The notes: generated by a model from the sequence alone, not told the origin. DNA of 64,000 nucleotides from Eledone cirrhosa (GCA_964016885.1 OZ024748.1:13516001-13580000), one strand, 5' to 3'. Positions 45,052-59,894 are shown, counted from the first letter of the stretch. Numbers and translations are program-made.

Positions 45052-45089
<38 letters not shown>

Positions 45090-45095
45090 TATACA

Positions 45096-45164
<69 letters not shown>

Positions 45165-45167
45165 ATG

Positions 45168-45201
<34 letters not shown>

Positions 45202-45328
45202 TCTAGGAGCTCGTCCCTCAGAGGCCACTGGTTCACTGCCCTTAAACACGCTGTGACTTCTCTCTGCCACGTGTAGCAGGACGGTCACTTTAAAAATTCT
45301 CTTAGTGCTGTCTGAAATGTATAGCCTT

Positions 45329-45410
45329 ACGCACGCTGATGAACCGGGGTTCTTTCATTTCTGTCAACAAGTTACTGGCGAAACAGATCATTTTGGATTT
45401 GTACGTGTGT
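45329..45410 (+). ncRNA. Type I hammerhead ribozyme inside a TA-flanked element (45201-45575)
   Basis: acgcacg-CTGATGA-a-ccgg...ctgg-c-GAAA-cagatc(attttg)gatttg-TA/cgtgtgt; 7-bp stem I, 6-bp stem III, GUA triplet. Confidence 0.85.
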
Positions 45411-45641
45411 TATATAGTTATAGAGGTATTTATTTATGCTTTAATTTATATTTTCAATTATCGTGTCTATACTCTGCCTTTCATAGGTTATAGATTCCAT
45501 ACACTGGTGGTTTTTCCCTGTTTTATTGATAGCGCACTATATCTCTCTCTAGTGTGTTACCTTTTCAACACATGTATATATATATATATATAAATATATA
45601 TATATAAATGTACACACACACACACATATCTTTATATATAT

Positions 45642-45829
45642 ATAGGAACGAGTAGGACCCCGACGGCTGAGCTCAAGCTGTTTCGACGGCTAATTCTGAA
45701 TTAGCCGTCGAAATGGCTTGAGCTCAGCCGTCGGGGTCCTACTCGTTCCTATTACCCACTCTACTACCCTAAGTATTGAGTACTTTGGTGCGTTATGGTC
45801 CACCTGGTTCCTTACCACATTTCCTTCGT

Positions 45830-45832
<3 letters not shown>
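45642..45832 (+). mobile_element. Family 2 element with 5' fold-back palindrome centred on hammerhead stem II
   Basis: Palindrome 45642-45752 (centre 45697); GAAA-tggc..gccg-TC/ggggtc half-hammerhead; (TA)n on both flanks. Confidence 0.8.
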
Positions 45833-45861
<29 letters not shown>

Positions 45862-46039
45862 TATGACACCTTTGGCACACACGTTCTTTTAAATATTATA
45901 TAATCAGTTGATAACTGACTGTTTCTCTTCAATAACTTATTAATCTGAACTAAATCTATTTAACCAGTAAACACAACCTTGATCAAGATATACACAACGT
46001 TACTCCTACACAGTTTTTAAAATCAACTGACTATTCATT

Positions 46040-46512
46040 AGGCAAATGAGATTGCGAAGTCGCAGGATCGTTAGAACTCGGATAGAATGGTTTGCGGTAT
46101 TCGTTCCGGCACTCTGCTCTCGCTAATGTCAAATCCCACCGAGGTCAACTTTGTCTTTCATGCTTTTAGGGTCAATAATAACTGTTTCTACTTTTGGCAC
46201 AAGGCCAGCAATCACCCAGTGCATTACTGGTACTTTATTTTATCGACCCCGTAGGGATGAAAGGCAAAGTTAGCCTCGGCGGGATTTGATTCTGGGGTCA
46301 ATAATAATTGTTTCTACTTTAGACACAAGGCCAGCAATGACCCAGTGCATTACTGGTACTTTATTTTATCGACCCCGTAAGGATGAAAGGCAAAGTTAAC
46401 CTCGGCCGGATTTGAACTCAGATCGTAAAGGGACGTAACTATGCTGGAAAGCATGTCCGACTCTCTACCGATACTGCCAAATCACCATACCAGTCAGTAA
46501 TGGGGTCGATTC
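46040..46512. mobile_element. Old plus-strand SINE interrupted by two young minus-strand SINEs (46177-46290, 46301-46484)
   Basis: Host core breaks at gggtcaataataa and resumes at taccagtcagtaatggggtcgatt; gggtcaataataa duplicated at 46169 and 46295. Confidence 0.85.
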
Positions 46513-46894
46513 ACCCTCTATATCTCTTTCTCAGTCCCCCTCCCTCTCTCTCTCACATATTTCATCCTTTTCTGAAAGAAATCTACTGAGTTCAGACCTA
46601 GAGAATGATGGGCACCGTCAGAGTAAAAATGCCCTAGAAACCCAGTATACCACTACTGTGATCCTGCAACTCCATCAAGAGTTACGGGACCATGCCATAC
46701 CATTCATTAGGCAGCGAATTGGCATAACCATCAGGGCGTCGGTTTGGCGTATTCACTGGGTCTCTCTCTTCTCTGACTTCAAATCCATCTGGAATTATTA
46801 TATAACCAATCTACGCAGGGCAGCAAAATGGATGATTTGTTGTTTCTTTTTAAGAACGCCAGATTGATCTCTGGTATTTGATCCGTCATTTTGA

Positions 46895-47316
<422 letters not shown>

Positions 47317-47709
47317 CGGTTGCGTTCAAACCTGGAGGAAGATGGTCTTTCTCAGATTTAAATGCACCAGTCACATGGTTTTCTTATATCTTATGCTAAG
47401 TCGAAGAAGGAAGTCAGTTGAAAAAGAAAAATTATATTGATTATTTCCTTATTCATGATTTAGGAATATATTTACAATGTTTCTCTGTCTCAAACACACC
47501 TCTACACACATACGTACATATAGAAGCACACATACACAGATATATGCACAAACTTATGTACAACATGATCAATGGTGCGGAAATCATTTTTCGCACCTCA
47601 GTAATTTATCAATAAAAACGCGAACCTATTGTCATTATTCCGAGTATATACGCACATATACATTCATATATACAAATAATATCTATGTTTACATACATGC
47701 ATATATATA

Positions 47710-47752
<43 letters not shown>

Positions 47753-47793
47753 GAATATAAAAATAACACACACACACACACACACACTCATAC

Positions 47794-47850
<57 letters not shown>

Positions 47851-47953
47851 ATATGTATATATAATTATATGTATATATATAGAGAGAGCCATATAGTGAA
47901 AGATAGAGAGTGAGGGATAGATTCTCCATACACAAACTCTCTCACACACACAC

Positions 47954-48020
<67 letters not shown>

Positions 48021-48508
48021 TATATATATATATACTCCTAAACGATTGATATGTAAACTACAGCCAACATTCTATCCTCGTCACGTGACCAATACTAATT
48101 ATTATAATATTTAAGACATCTATGAAAAATGAGGTCACATGTAATTGATACTAAGAGTTCAATATATCATTAGATCGATATCATCTTGGGAGAATAAAGA
48201 AATCGATTCCGTTGGGTTTCGAACCTTTCTATTAACTGGAGGTAACTCTATTCTCTAAGGCTTCTATTCCGACGAGAGAGCTTTTCTACTTATTCAATGG
48301 CATTTTCAGTAAATCTATACTGACAAATATCTTATATAGACCAGAAGTATATCAGGTTTCTTTACATGAATTATGGGTAAATGCTTCAATGCTTATAGAA
48401 CCCATACATATGTGATTGATACATACACACATATATATACTTATGTTTATATATGTATATATATATATATGTGTGTGTGTGTGCGTGTTTGATAATTCTA
48501 TACATGTA

Positions 48509-48573
<65 letters not shown>

Positions 48574-48602
48574 AAATATATTTACATATATATTTATATA
48601 TA

Positions 48603-48686
<84 letters not shown>

Positions 48687-49170
48687 CATATATATATATA
48701 TGTGTGTGTATTATATATATATGTACAGAGAGAGGGAGATATATATATATACATATATAGGGACATATTTACATAGATCCATGAATATATACATCTTTAC
48801 AGACATGCAGATACATACATACATACATATATACATACATACATACATACATACATACATGCAAACATACGTCCATACATACATAAATACATACATACAT
48901 AAATATATACTTACATACATACATACATACATAATACATAGATACATACACACATACATAAACACATACATACATACATAAATACGTACATAAATACATA
49001 CATGCATACATACTTACATACATACATATATAAATACATACATACATACATAAATACGAACATACATAATACATACATACATACATAAATACACACATAC
49101 ATACATACATAAATACGAACATACGTACATACATATATACATACATACATACATACATACATACATACTT

Positions 49171-49383
49171 ACATCGTGGCTGCCAACTCGTTTTCGAGTA
49201 CGGCCACTGCTTTATATCCATGTAGGAGAACCCTTACCGAAGCGCTGAACGAGTGTGACTTTTTAGTCCAGCCAGCGACTTGAAAACTCTGGTACAAACA
49301 CTACACTTGTGACAAAGGAGCACTTAAGAGACAATGGCCATCCCAAATCACCGGGAGAGAAGACCCCTTAGCCTTTGTCAAGA
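49171..49383 (-). mobile_element. RTE-derived element with 5' inversion in (CATA)n
   Basis: 49171-49313 is the reverse complement of 30650-30791; 49313-49383 is a forward copy of 30341-30410. Confidence 0.85.
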
Positions 49384-49506
49384 CATACATACATACATAC
49401 ATACATAATACATACATACATACATACAAGTATAGCAAATATAATATTCTGTTTACATTTATCGATCTTCGTTTTATTTAGTTCTATTTTGACGTCATTA
49501 ATGTTG

Positions 49507-49872
49507 TGGCAGTATCGGTAGAGGGTCGGACGCCATGCTTTCCAGCATAGTTACGTCCCTTTACGATCTGAGTTCAAATCCCGCCGAGGTTGACTTTGCC
49601 TTTCATCCTTACGGGGTCGATAAAATAAAGTACCAGTAATGCACTGGGTAATTGCTGGCCTTGTGCCAAAAGTAGAAACAATTAATGTTGTGGATTGGCA
49701 GTATCGGTAGAGGGTCGGACGCCATGCTTTCCAGCATAGTTACGTCCCTTTACGATTTGAGTTCAAATCCCGCCGAGGTTGACTTTGCCTTTCATCTTTA
49801 CGGGTCGATAAAATAAAGTACCAGTAATGCACTGGGTAATTGCTGGTCTTGTGCCTAAAGTAGAAACAATTA
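49507..49872 (+). mobile_element. Two stacked young Meta-core SINEs
   Basis: attaatgttgt occurs three times (49497, 49681, 49869); the copies have different 5' start points. Confidence 0.92.
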
Positions 49873-49936
49873 ATGTTGTCGTGTGCTGCCATTTTGTTTC
49901 GTTCATAGCAAATCTCTACATTTAAGATATACATTA

Positions 49937-50340
49937 CTTCTTCTTCTTATTCCCCTCCTCCCCCTCCTCCTCCTCCTCCTTCTTCTTCTTCTTCTTCTTC
50001 TTCTTCTTCTTCTTCTTCTTCTTCTTCTTCTTCTTCTTCTTCTTCTTCTTCTTCTTCTTCTTCTTCTTCTTCTTCTTCTTCTTCTTCTTCTCCTTCTTCT
50101 TCTTCTCCTCCTTCTCCCCTTCTTCTCCTCCTTTTTCTTCATCTTCTGCCTCCTCCTGCTCCTCCATCTTCTTCTTCTTCTTCTTCTTCTTCTTCTTCTT
50201 CTTCTTCTTCTTCTTCTTCTTCTTCTTCTTCTTCTTCTTCTTCTTTCTTCTTCTTCTTCTTCTTCTTCTTCTTCTTCTTCTTCTTCTTCTTCTTCTTCTT
50301 CTTCTTCTTCTTCTTCTTCTTCTTCTTCTTCTTCTCTCTT
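49937..50340. repeat. (TTC)n polypyrimidine tract, about 400 bp
   Basis: Direct reading. Confidence 0.95.
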
Positions 50341-50473
50341 AGTAGTATGTATATATATACATACATGCACACATATATATGTACGTATGGGTTTACTGAA
50401 TATTTCTTATTATGTTTGGTTTGTTTGTAAACAAACATTCCGAATTAAGTCGTACATATATATATATATATGG

Positions 50474-50607
<134 letters not shown>

Positions 50608-51077
50608 CATACATAGCTAGATAGATATGTTTGTATATATATACAAATACATGGACCTATACATATACATATGTATTACATCTCTGTAAAAGTGCATCTG
50701 GCAGTGAAATCTGTATAAAGTACATAATCAGATTTTTGGTCCGATAAAATATATTGATATCACCATGGCAAGTCATAAATACATTGAGCTAGTTCTTTTT
50801 AGACATTTGATTTGATGAAAAGATTAGTTTAATTACAGATTCATACGAGAAAAACCACTGCCGTGTCTTTTAAACTGTGTCATTAAACGGTCTATGAGGT
50901 CATACACTGAGATGTTGATGTATATATGTGTCTATGTGTCTTTATGTGTATATGTGTGTGTCTCTGTTGTTGTGGGTTGTGTATGCATAAGTAATTGTAT
51001 ATATAAACATGTGCGCTTGCGTACATACATACATTTATTCATACATACATGCATATAAATATATATATATATATATA

Positions 51078-51282
51078 TTGACATTGCACTCAGTGCTCCT
51101 TTGGGAGCCCCTACATGGACACACTAGAAGAGGAAGACCAAGGTTAACATATGTTGATGCCCTAAGGACAGACACTGGTCTGTTGGAGATGCAGGATATG
51201 GCAGCGATAATGAGGGACAGAGACCGCTGGAGAGAACTCGTCCATGGATCTCGGGAATTTTACCCGCCTTAGATAGATAGAT
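51078..51282 (+). mobile_element. RTE/RTE-X clade LINE 3' end
   Basis: VLLWEPLHGHTRRGRPRLTYVDALRTDTGL...MRDRDRWRELV* then (agat)n tail. Confidence 0.85.
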
Positions 51283-51402
51283 ATATATATATGAAAACAG
51301 GGAGAAAGAGACGATTATCAGGAAGAAACATATATATATTTTTTTTTTATGAGGAAAAAAAAAAAAAAATGTTATTCCTCATAATCGTCTCTTTCTCCCT
51401 GT

Positions 51403-51434
<32 letters not shown>

Positions 51435-51466
51435 CCTAACTCGTGTGCCTCCTCTCCACATTTTAT

Positions 51467-51497
<31 letters not shown>

Positions 51498-51500
<3 letters not shown>

Positions 51501-52142
51501 TTTAATTTATATATATACTCGGAATTCTCCTAGAGTGCTTAAAATTATTTGTGACTAATCCCGGTCTTTATTTTTTTTTAAAACCGCGATAATATTGCTA
51601 TTTTGCTGAACTCCTTACACTTGTAGAGTTTTTCTTTCGGAATGTGTTTTGACTGTTGTTTCATGTAAACAGACATTCGTCTCATTCTGACGTCACCAGC
51701 CATGTCTCTCCATGTGCGTTTATTTTTCATAATTACGTACGAGTTGAACTAGCCTGTCTTTAAATTACCTTTTTGGCATATTCTACAGTGGTTTAGGGTT
51801 ATCGTGTTTGAGCTCTGCTGATGAACGACTCCAACCGTGACCATCCCCACTGAAAGTTTCGAGAAATAGTCTTTTTAAGACTATACAGAGCATTTGTAGT
51901 TTTTCCAAATTGAAGGATGAGTATTTAAGCTTTATTTTATTCTGAGTTAAGGCTCTATTAATTTTTCCCTGGATTTCACAAAATTCTATGAATTAATCTA
52001 TGTCTTGATTTTAAAAAATTGAGTTTGAATTATTTTCCCACATCTTACGTTAACTATTTTTCCATTTTGACGTTATTGTCACTTATATATTATGAAATAC
52101 TGTTGGCTTCACGCTCACAATAATTTCTATACTTTAATTTAT
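51498..52142 (+). mobile_element. Second copy of the 630-bp hammerhead element
   Basis: Colinear with 4185-4829; tactttaatttata at both ends; hammerhead 51812-51891; (TA)n flanks. Confidence 0.82.
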
Positions 52143-52214
52143 ATATATATATATATAAATATAAATATATTTATAAATTATGTATATATACATACATATA
52201 TATATATATATATA

Positions 52215-52412
<198 letters not shown>

Positions 52413-52424
52413 GATAGATAGATA

Positions 52425-52565
52425 TAACGAAAGAATTGTGGTAAGGAACCAGATGGATCATATGGCACCAGATTACTCAATACTTAGGGTAGAAGAGTGG
52501 GTAATAGGAAAAAGTATGACCTCGCCGGCAGAGCTCAAGCCGTTTTGACGGCTATTTCTGGACTC
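52425..52565 (-). mobile_element. Family 2 element 3' fragment
   Basis: Reverse-complement homolog of 45700-45832; abuts (TA)n. Confidence 0.75.
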
Positions 52566-52783
52566 AAGTTAAAACAATGAAATAAAAAATCAAGTCATTA
52601 GAAATATACTTCACTGCTTTACGATCGTTTCTAGGTGATGATAATACATCGTAACTATACTTCGATATAGATCTATGTAAGGTTAGTTACAAAATATCAG
52701 ATAAAGAGAATATTTACTTACATGCATATCACCAGCTGTTGTCAAAAGCAATAATAATTTTATTCAAAATTAGTAGTAAATTA

Positions 52784-52837
<54 letters not shown>

Positions 52838-53405
52838 GCATATATTCATGGATACAAGCATACATTACATACGTACAAGCAAACATGTATATGCTAAATA
52901 AATCTTTGTTTTCCTTCTTTATAAGATATTGCTGGTAATCTTCAACCAGCAGACAAATATTTCCACTTTCCACGTCCGTTTAAATATTCTTAGCATCATA
53001 GTCATAGATTCGTTTTATTTACCGCCTTCACTCTCCCTTCCATTTGCTTGATGCAAACACTTTTGACACATTTAGTAGAATGGCTTACACAGACATAACC
53101 ATCTCCTATAAATATATGGCTATACATATTTCTAGCTGTGTATGTGTCTGTATGTCTATTACACATATGGTATTATGCTGTATGAGAAGAAATATATGTG
53201 GTTATGTTGGCGTATTAGTGAATGGGAAGATATATGTGTGTGTGTTTGTGTGCGCGCGTGTGTGTGTGTGTGCGTGTGTGTGTGCGCGCGAGTGATTATA
53301 TATTTACATATGGTTTCGTAACCAGTGTCTGTATTTGTTTTTGGAGCTTCAACACACATGCACTCGCGAATACACACACATATTTTTATATGAGTGTGCG
53401 TGTAA

Positions 53406-53473
<68 letters not shown>

Positions 53474-53476
<3 letters not shown>

Positions 53477-54207
53477 TGAAAAATGGCGTGCTGCGTTGTT
53501 GCGAATATGAACATATGAATAAAAATAGACCGAGAAACAAGAATGTCCTTCATCAGTAGTCTACTGATTATCGTTGGTATTTCTTCGCATTAAAGACTAG
53601 ATACCTAAAATCAGTGCGAGCGATAAGTAAATTAAGTTATCGGGACAGAGGAAAACAGAGGAAAGGAAACAAACAACATGGTAGTAATGCAAGTTAAAGA
53701 GAGGATAAGAGAGACAAGTCAATGAATCTTGTGGGCTTAAGTCCGACAAATCAAATGACGAAAAGAAATAGATGCGTCCGAGCGCCACGAGAAAAGTGAG
53801 AGAGGAAAGAAATTCACGCGGGTCAGACGGGAGGAAGTGAGAGAGGAGGAGTAGCAGAGAGTGAGTGAGTGAACGTGTGAGGAAGGGGCCAGCCGAAAGA
53901 GGGTGACCAGCAGCGGGAGTGGAGGAAAGCAAGAGGTGAATGAGAGAGAAAGGAAAGAGGATAGCAGTAAGGTGACAGAAAAATACGAACCACAGCGAAG
54001 GGAAAAAATATATGCGAATGAAAAATGGCGTGCTGCGTTGTTGCGTTGTTGCGAATATGAACATATGAATAAAAATAGACCGAGAAACAAGAATCTCCTT
54101 CATCAGTAGTCTGCTGTTTATCGATGGTATTTCTTCGCATTAAAGACTAGATACCTCGTCATTTGATTTGTCGGACTGAAGCCCACAAGATTCATTTACT
54201 TGTCTCT
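53474..54207 (-). mobile_element. Penelope-like partial tandem (about 542-bp unit) with 5' inversion
   Basis: 53474-53606 repeated at 54016-54156; 54157-54207 is the reverse complement of 53710-53760; minus-strand CTGATGA in each repeat; abuts (TA)n. Confidence 0.65.
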
Positions 54208-54411
54208 ATTTCAGATTCGCATCCATCAACTGGGGGGTCTTCCGGGGGGGGGGGGGAGTTATCTGTCGACGAGGAATGGTACGTGGCCTCTGTTGTCCGC
54301 TGTTTGCGTGTAACTTACACACAAACAGCGGATAACAGAGACCACGTACCGTTTCTCTCTGACAGATACCCCCCCGGAACCCTCCCGGTTGATGGATGCG
54401 AATCCGAAATA
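54207..54411. repeat. GC-rich near-perfect palindrome with about 100-bp arms
   Basis: tatttcagattcgcatccatcaac...gtgtaa c ttacac...gttgatggatgcgaatccgaaata. Confidence 0.9.
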
Positions 54412-54662
54412 TAGGTAAAATTAAATCTCTCTCAGGGTAACTCTATCTCGTGTTATTATTTTTATTTTTTACGCTCTTTCCTACGTTCCTCTACACACTA
54501 TATATCTCATTCTACATTCCCTTACATCCCTCCCTCTCTTCACCACCGGATTCTGTTACCCGGAGATTTACCCATCTGCATTGTTGAGGCTTCCAAAACG
54601 CAAAAAAAAAAAATTATTATTCCACAATGCAAACTTCAATACTCTCTTATATATATATATAC

Positions 54663-54752
<90 letters not shown>

Positions 54753-54789
54753 ATATATAGATATATAGATATATAGATATATAGATATA

Positions 54790-55725
54790 TTTCTTTATTA
54801 GCCACAAGGGCGCATAAGAAAAGGGGACAAAACAAAGACATGCCGGGGATTTTACATACAATCGTGTAAAAAAATATAAAACAAACAATTATAACAATCA
54901 AAATCCCAATAGGGGGGAGGCGCCACAAAGGGGTTGTTTAATACCCTGTCGATAGAACAACCCTCAACTTCTGGAGCGTTTTGTGCAAGTGCTCGTTTCT
55001 TCATTTTGCTCTCTTCTTCAACCTACAGGTTTATATACAAAGAAGGCCTAATCACTCGGGCCATTTTTGCCCCATTCACCCAACTTTCTGTAAATTTACT
55101 GGGGTACAGTGCCTCTCCCTCCACTCTGATTCTCCTTCTACAATGGTATCTAAAGAAGGGAATGAGTTGTTGTCCGGAGAGAAAGGCATCTGTCCTCAGT
55201 CCTCTCAATCTCATCCACCATATAACCTCTTTCACCATGGCCACTATTCAGAGGAAAACCGCCTCTCTTCCGTTTTTGAAAGAAGTTGGCGGTTTGATCC
55301 TTACTATGGACTCGGCAGTCAACTGGATTTGTCCCATACGCGACAGCAGTTGTTCCGCATAGTTCCACAGCTCGGTTACGCCCGGGCAGTGTACGATTGC
55401 ATGCAGGGGGTTTCAATGTCCTACGGGCATCTTGGACACGTCCTCTTGGAAGGATCCCTGCCGGGGTGTCTGTGCCTGTAGATCTTGTCACGAACTGGTA
55501 GAGCTCCTCGGTAACACTGCCAGGCCATGGACCTCTGGAAGTTGTCCATGGGTCACGGACGGAAAGTCCTACAAAACAGCCTGGTGAGTTCGTCGTCTCC
55601 GACGCTAGAGCTTCTCCGGGCACGTCGTCGCCCTTGTGACATACTAAACCTCTATAGAATGTCGAAGTGGAGTCTCCACTGATTGCCGTATCCGCTTGAA
55701 AGAGGACCGTGAGCGCCTGAGCGCA
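54790..55725 (-). mobile_element. 5'-truncated, frameshifted Tx1/L1-clade LINE in (ATCT)/(ATATCT)n
   Basis: QALTVL...GDSTSTFYRGLV and AMVKEVIWWMRLRGL...ARVIRPSLYINL* homologous to the copy at 34229; 3' end ccttgtggctaataaagaaa. Confidence 0.88.
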
Positions 55726-55767
55726 TATAGATAAATAGATAGATAGATACAAACACACACATGTACA

Positions 55768-55796
<29 letters not shown>

Positions 55797-55798
<2 letters not shown>

Positions 55799-56282
55799 TA
55801 GCGAAAAGTAGAATATTTATGCAGAACTGATGAGAAATCTGCAGACACTCCACCCTGATTATACCTTCAGATTTATGCCTCTGATTATTGGGACACTGGG
55901 ATATGTTAGTAACTGCCTCAATACAAATGTTGAGAAGCTAGGCTTCACAGGAACAGAAAGAACACAACTAGTTAGGAAATTACAAGTACAATCCATTAAT
56001 GGAACAGTAAAAATATGTAAAACATTCCAAAAATGTTGCATCTAATAACTGAATATACACATGTACAGATACAAAGCATATACACATGCACACATACAAC
56101 TCAAAACATCCACATCCACACATACAATAACATCCATAACTACACATGCATGTATACATACATATCTACCTAGTTGATGTTGTGTACATTCCAATGAGAG
56201 AGTCTTGTGTCTATATTGAGAAACCGACTCTCTCTGGTAAACATTTGGTAAACATTTGTGAAATTATAAAACCAGAAGAACA
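55797..56282 (+). mobile_element. 3' end of an RLE-type non-LTR retrotransposon (R4/Dong-like) in (CATA)n
   Basis: EK*NIYAELMRNLQ...FMPLIIGTLGYVSNCL...LGF...LQVQSINGTVKICKTF resembles the RLE C-terminus (K..Y..L...P++iG.lG); (cata)n flanks. Confidence 0.7.
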
Positions 56283-56772
56283 TAATACATACATATCTGT
56301 TTAGTATCGTTTTAAGAATGATTCGGTAGTTATTTTTTCGTCAACGAGTCATAAATCAAAGGAACATTATTTGTTTGTAGTTTTCACGTTTTCTTGCAGT
56401 GTCCACATAATACAGGTTGCGTATCTATATTTACTATAAATGAATATAGTTATATATATATTTATATACACACACATATATATATATGTAGTGTCCACAT
56501 AATACAGGTTCCGTATCTATATGTACTCTAAATGAATATAGTTATATAAATATATATACACACACAGATGTGAGAAAAACCACAGACCCTCCATCTCAAC
56601 TCACCTTTTGAAAAGCAGAAGAACTGCGAAACCAGTAAAGGAACCAAATAAATATATATATTTTTTAGAAAAATAAGACTTCAGTTGCATTTTCGATTTC
56701 ATCTCTTTTTCTTTATACTTTCACTCGCGTAGGACACCTCGGTTATTTTTCATTTTGTAAAAAAAACCTCAC

Positions 56773-57349
<577 letters not shown>

Positions 57350-57751
57350 ATATATATACATGTGTGTGTGTGTATATATATTTATATATATATACACACA
57401 TACATACACGCGCGCTCACACATACATACACACACGCATATATGTATATGTAAAACGCAAAAAAAAATAACAAAACAAACGGCACAGTTTGTATGCATAT
57501 ATATTTTTGTATTTATGCATGAATGTATGTGTGCATATATACATCTATGTATGTAGGTTTATGTGTGCATATATGTAAAAACAAAAATGATTTGTTTCTG
57601 TATACGAGAATTGGAAATCTTATGCACTCCTGCAAAATATAATTTAATATGACAAATTATAGGCTCGTATATCAGTGTATATTTTGACATAGATATGCAC
57701 ATACATATAACTATACAGTGTATAGGTATATACATCATAAATATATACACG

Positions 57752-57790
<39 letters not shown>

Positions 57791-57791
57791 T

Positions 57792-57862
<71 letters not shown>

Positions 57863-57940
57863 CATATTTATATATATATATATATATATACATATATATA
57901 ATATACTCATATATATATATACACACACACATATATAAGC

Positions 57941-58105
<165 letters not shown>

Positions 58106-58489
58106 CATATATATATATATGGATATGTATGTCTCTCTCTCACAATATATATATATATGTGAGAGTGTGTGTGTGTGTGTATTTATAATACATATTTTTA
58201 TCATTGCAACTGTTTCCTAATATCTTCGGGTGGTTTCTCTAAATTGGAAACTCGGCAGCCATTGAAATCTACGGTTTGACGACACATCCACCTAACAAGA
58301 CAAGAAAACCGGAAACAGTTATTTGATATAGGATATTTATCATTCTTATTTACACATATCTTACGTCATACACGACAAAGTTTATTTATTCTTTCATTAC
58401 TTTACATTGTTTTTCTATAATTTTCTGTAGCGTTTCCCCGCTTCCATTCACATATATTGATATAAATGGATCCCTTTGAATATATAACT

Positions 58490-58521
<32 letters not shown>

Positions 58522-58533
58522 GCATGTACATAC

Positions 58534-58576
<43 letters not shown>

Positions 58577-58671
58577 TGTATATACATATATATGCATGTA
58601 TATACATATATATATAAATACATTTGCATATATGTATCGTATTTGAATATATCTATATGTTTACATACCCC

Positions 58672-58760
<89 letters not shown>

Positions 58761-58820
58761 GCATATATGTATCTATATATTTACATACCCCTATATATAT
58801 GTATATATATATATATAGAT

Positions 58821-58894
<74 letters not shown>

Positions 58895-58934
58895 GCGTAT
58901 ATATATATATATATATATTCACAGACACACACAC

Positions 58935-58965
<31 letters not shown>

Positions 58966-59504
58966 CGTATAGATTTTGCGATATAAATCTGGTGACCATT
59001 GTTAGGAAAAAATAATATGTGCTGTATGATATTGTGTATTGGAGAGGCTCTATAGAATCTAGATATATATTTTACATTTCTGAATAGAAAGGTATATTAA
59101 CAAATAGAGAGAGCAAAATGATGTATAGAGGTGGCCTCTGTATATGATACTAGCTGGATTTCTTCTCTGTGTTAACGGCGGCATCTAGAGAAGAAGAAGA
59201 AGAAGAAGAAGAAGAAGAAGAAGAAGAAGAAGAAGAAGAAGGTGGAGGTTTAGGTTTCACACAAATATATAATTTTCCGCTGTAGCAAAACCACTTAAAG
59301 TTTCGTTAAATAACTTCATATTTTGTGGTGTATATATAAATATAGATACATATATACATACAGACCCTCTTCCTGCTATTTCAAGCGTTAACCTAATATA
59401 TTCCTTCTATATAATGTACTGAATGTGTAGTTATTTCTGTTTACCTTTTACATACACACACACATATATATACATATGTGTGTGTGTGTGTATATATATA
59501 TATA

Positions 59505-59692
59505 TACACGAGGATCGTCGAAAAATGTCATAGGCTGAAAAAACACTGATTGAATGACCAAGTGAGGCTTATGTTTCATCATAATTCCTTGAAGAGAACA
59601 ATGTAGTTATTTATACCAACAAGAGTTGAAATTAATGCATGCAAGATTTCACACATCTAACCTCACTCCTAAAACTTTTCAGCCTACCTTTA

Positions 59693-59693
<1 letters not shown>
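59505..59693. mobile_element. Possible degenerate mariner-type MITE
   Basis: Ends tacacgaggatcgtcgaaaaa / aacttttcagcctaccttta loosely resemble mariner TIRs. Confidence 0.3.
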
Positions 59694-59723
<30 letters not shown>

Positions 59724-59766
59724 ATATATATATATATATATATATATTTATTTTTGTTTATCTACT

Positions 59767-59807
<41 letters not shown>

Positions 59808-59894
59808 AGAAATGACCTCTTCAGGATTAGAACTGGTTCATTCTTACACACATACACACATGCATGCATATATCCTTCCGTACATACACAAATG

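Noticed and set aside
46658-46800. Possible Tc1 transposase fragment (LRDHAIPFIRQ...HWVSLFSDFKSIWN)
   Set aside because: Only a loose resemblance to WPSQSPDLNPIENLW, with no TIRs and no catalytic QQDN segment.
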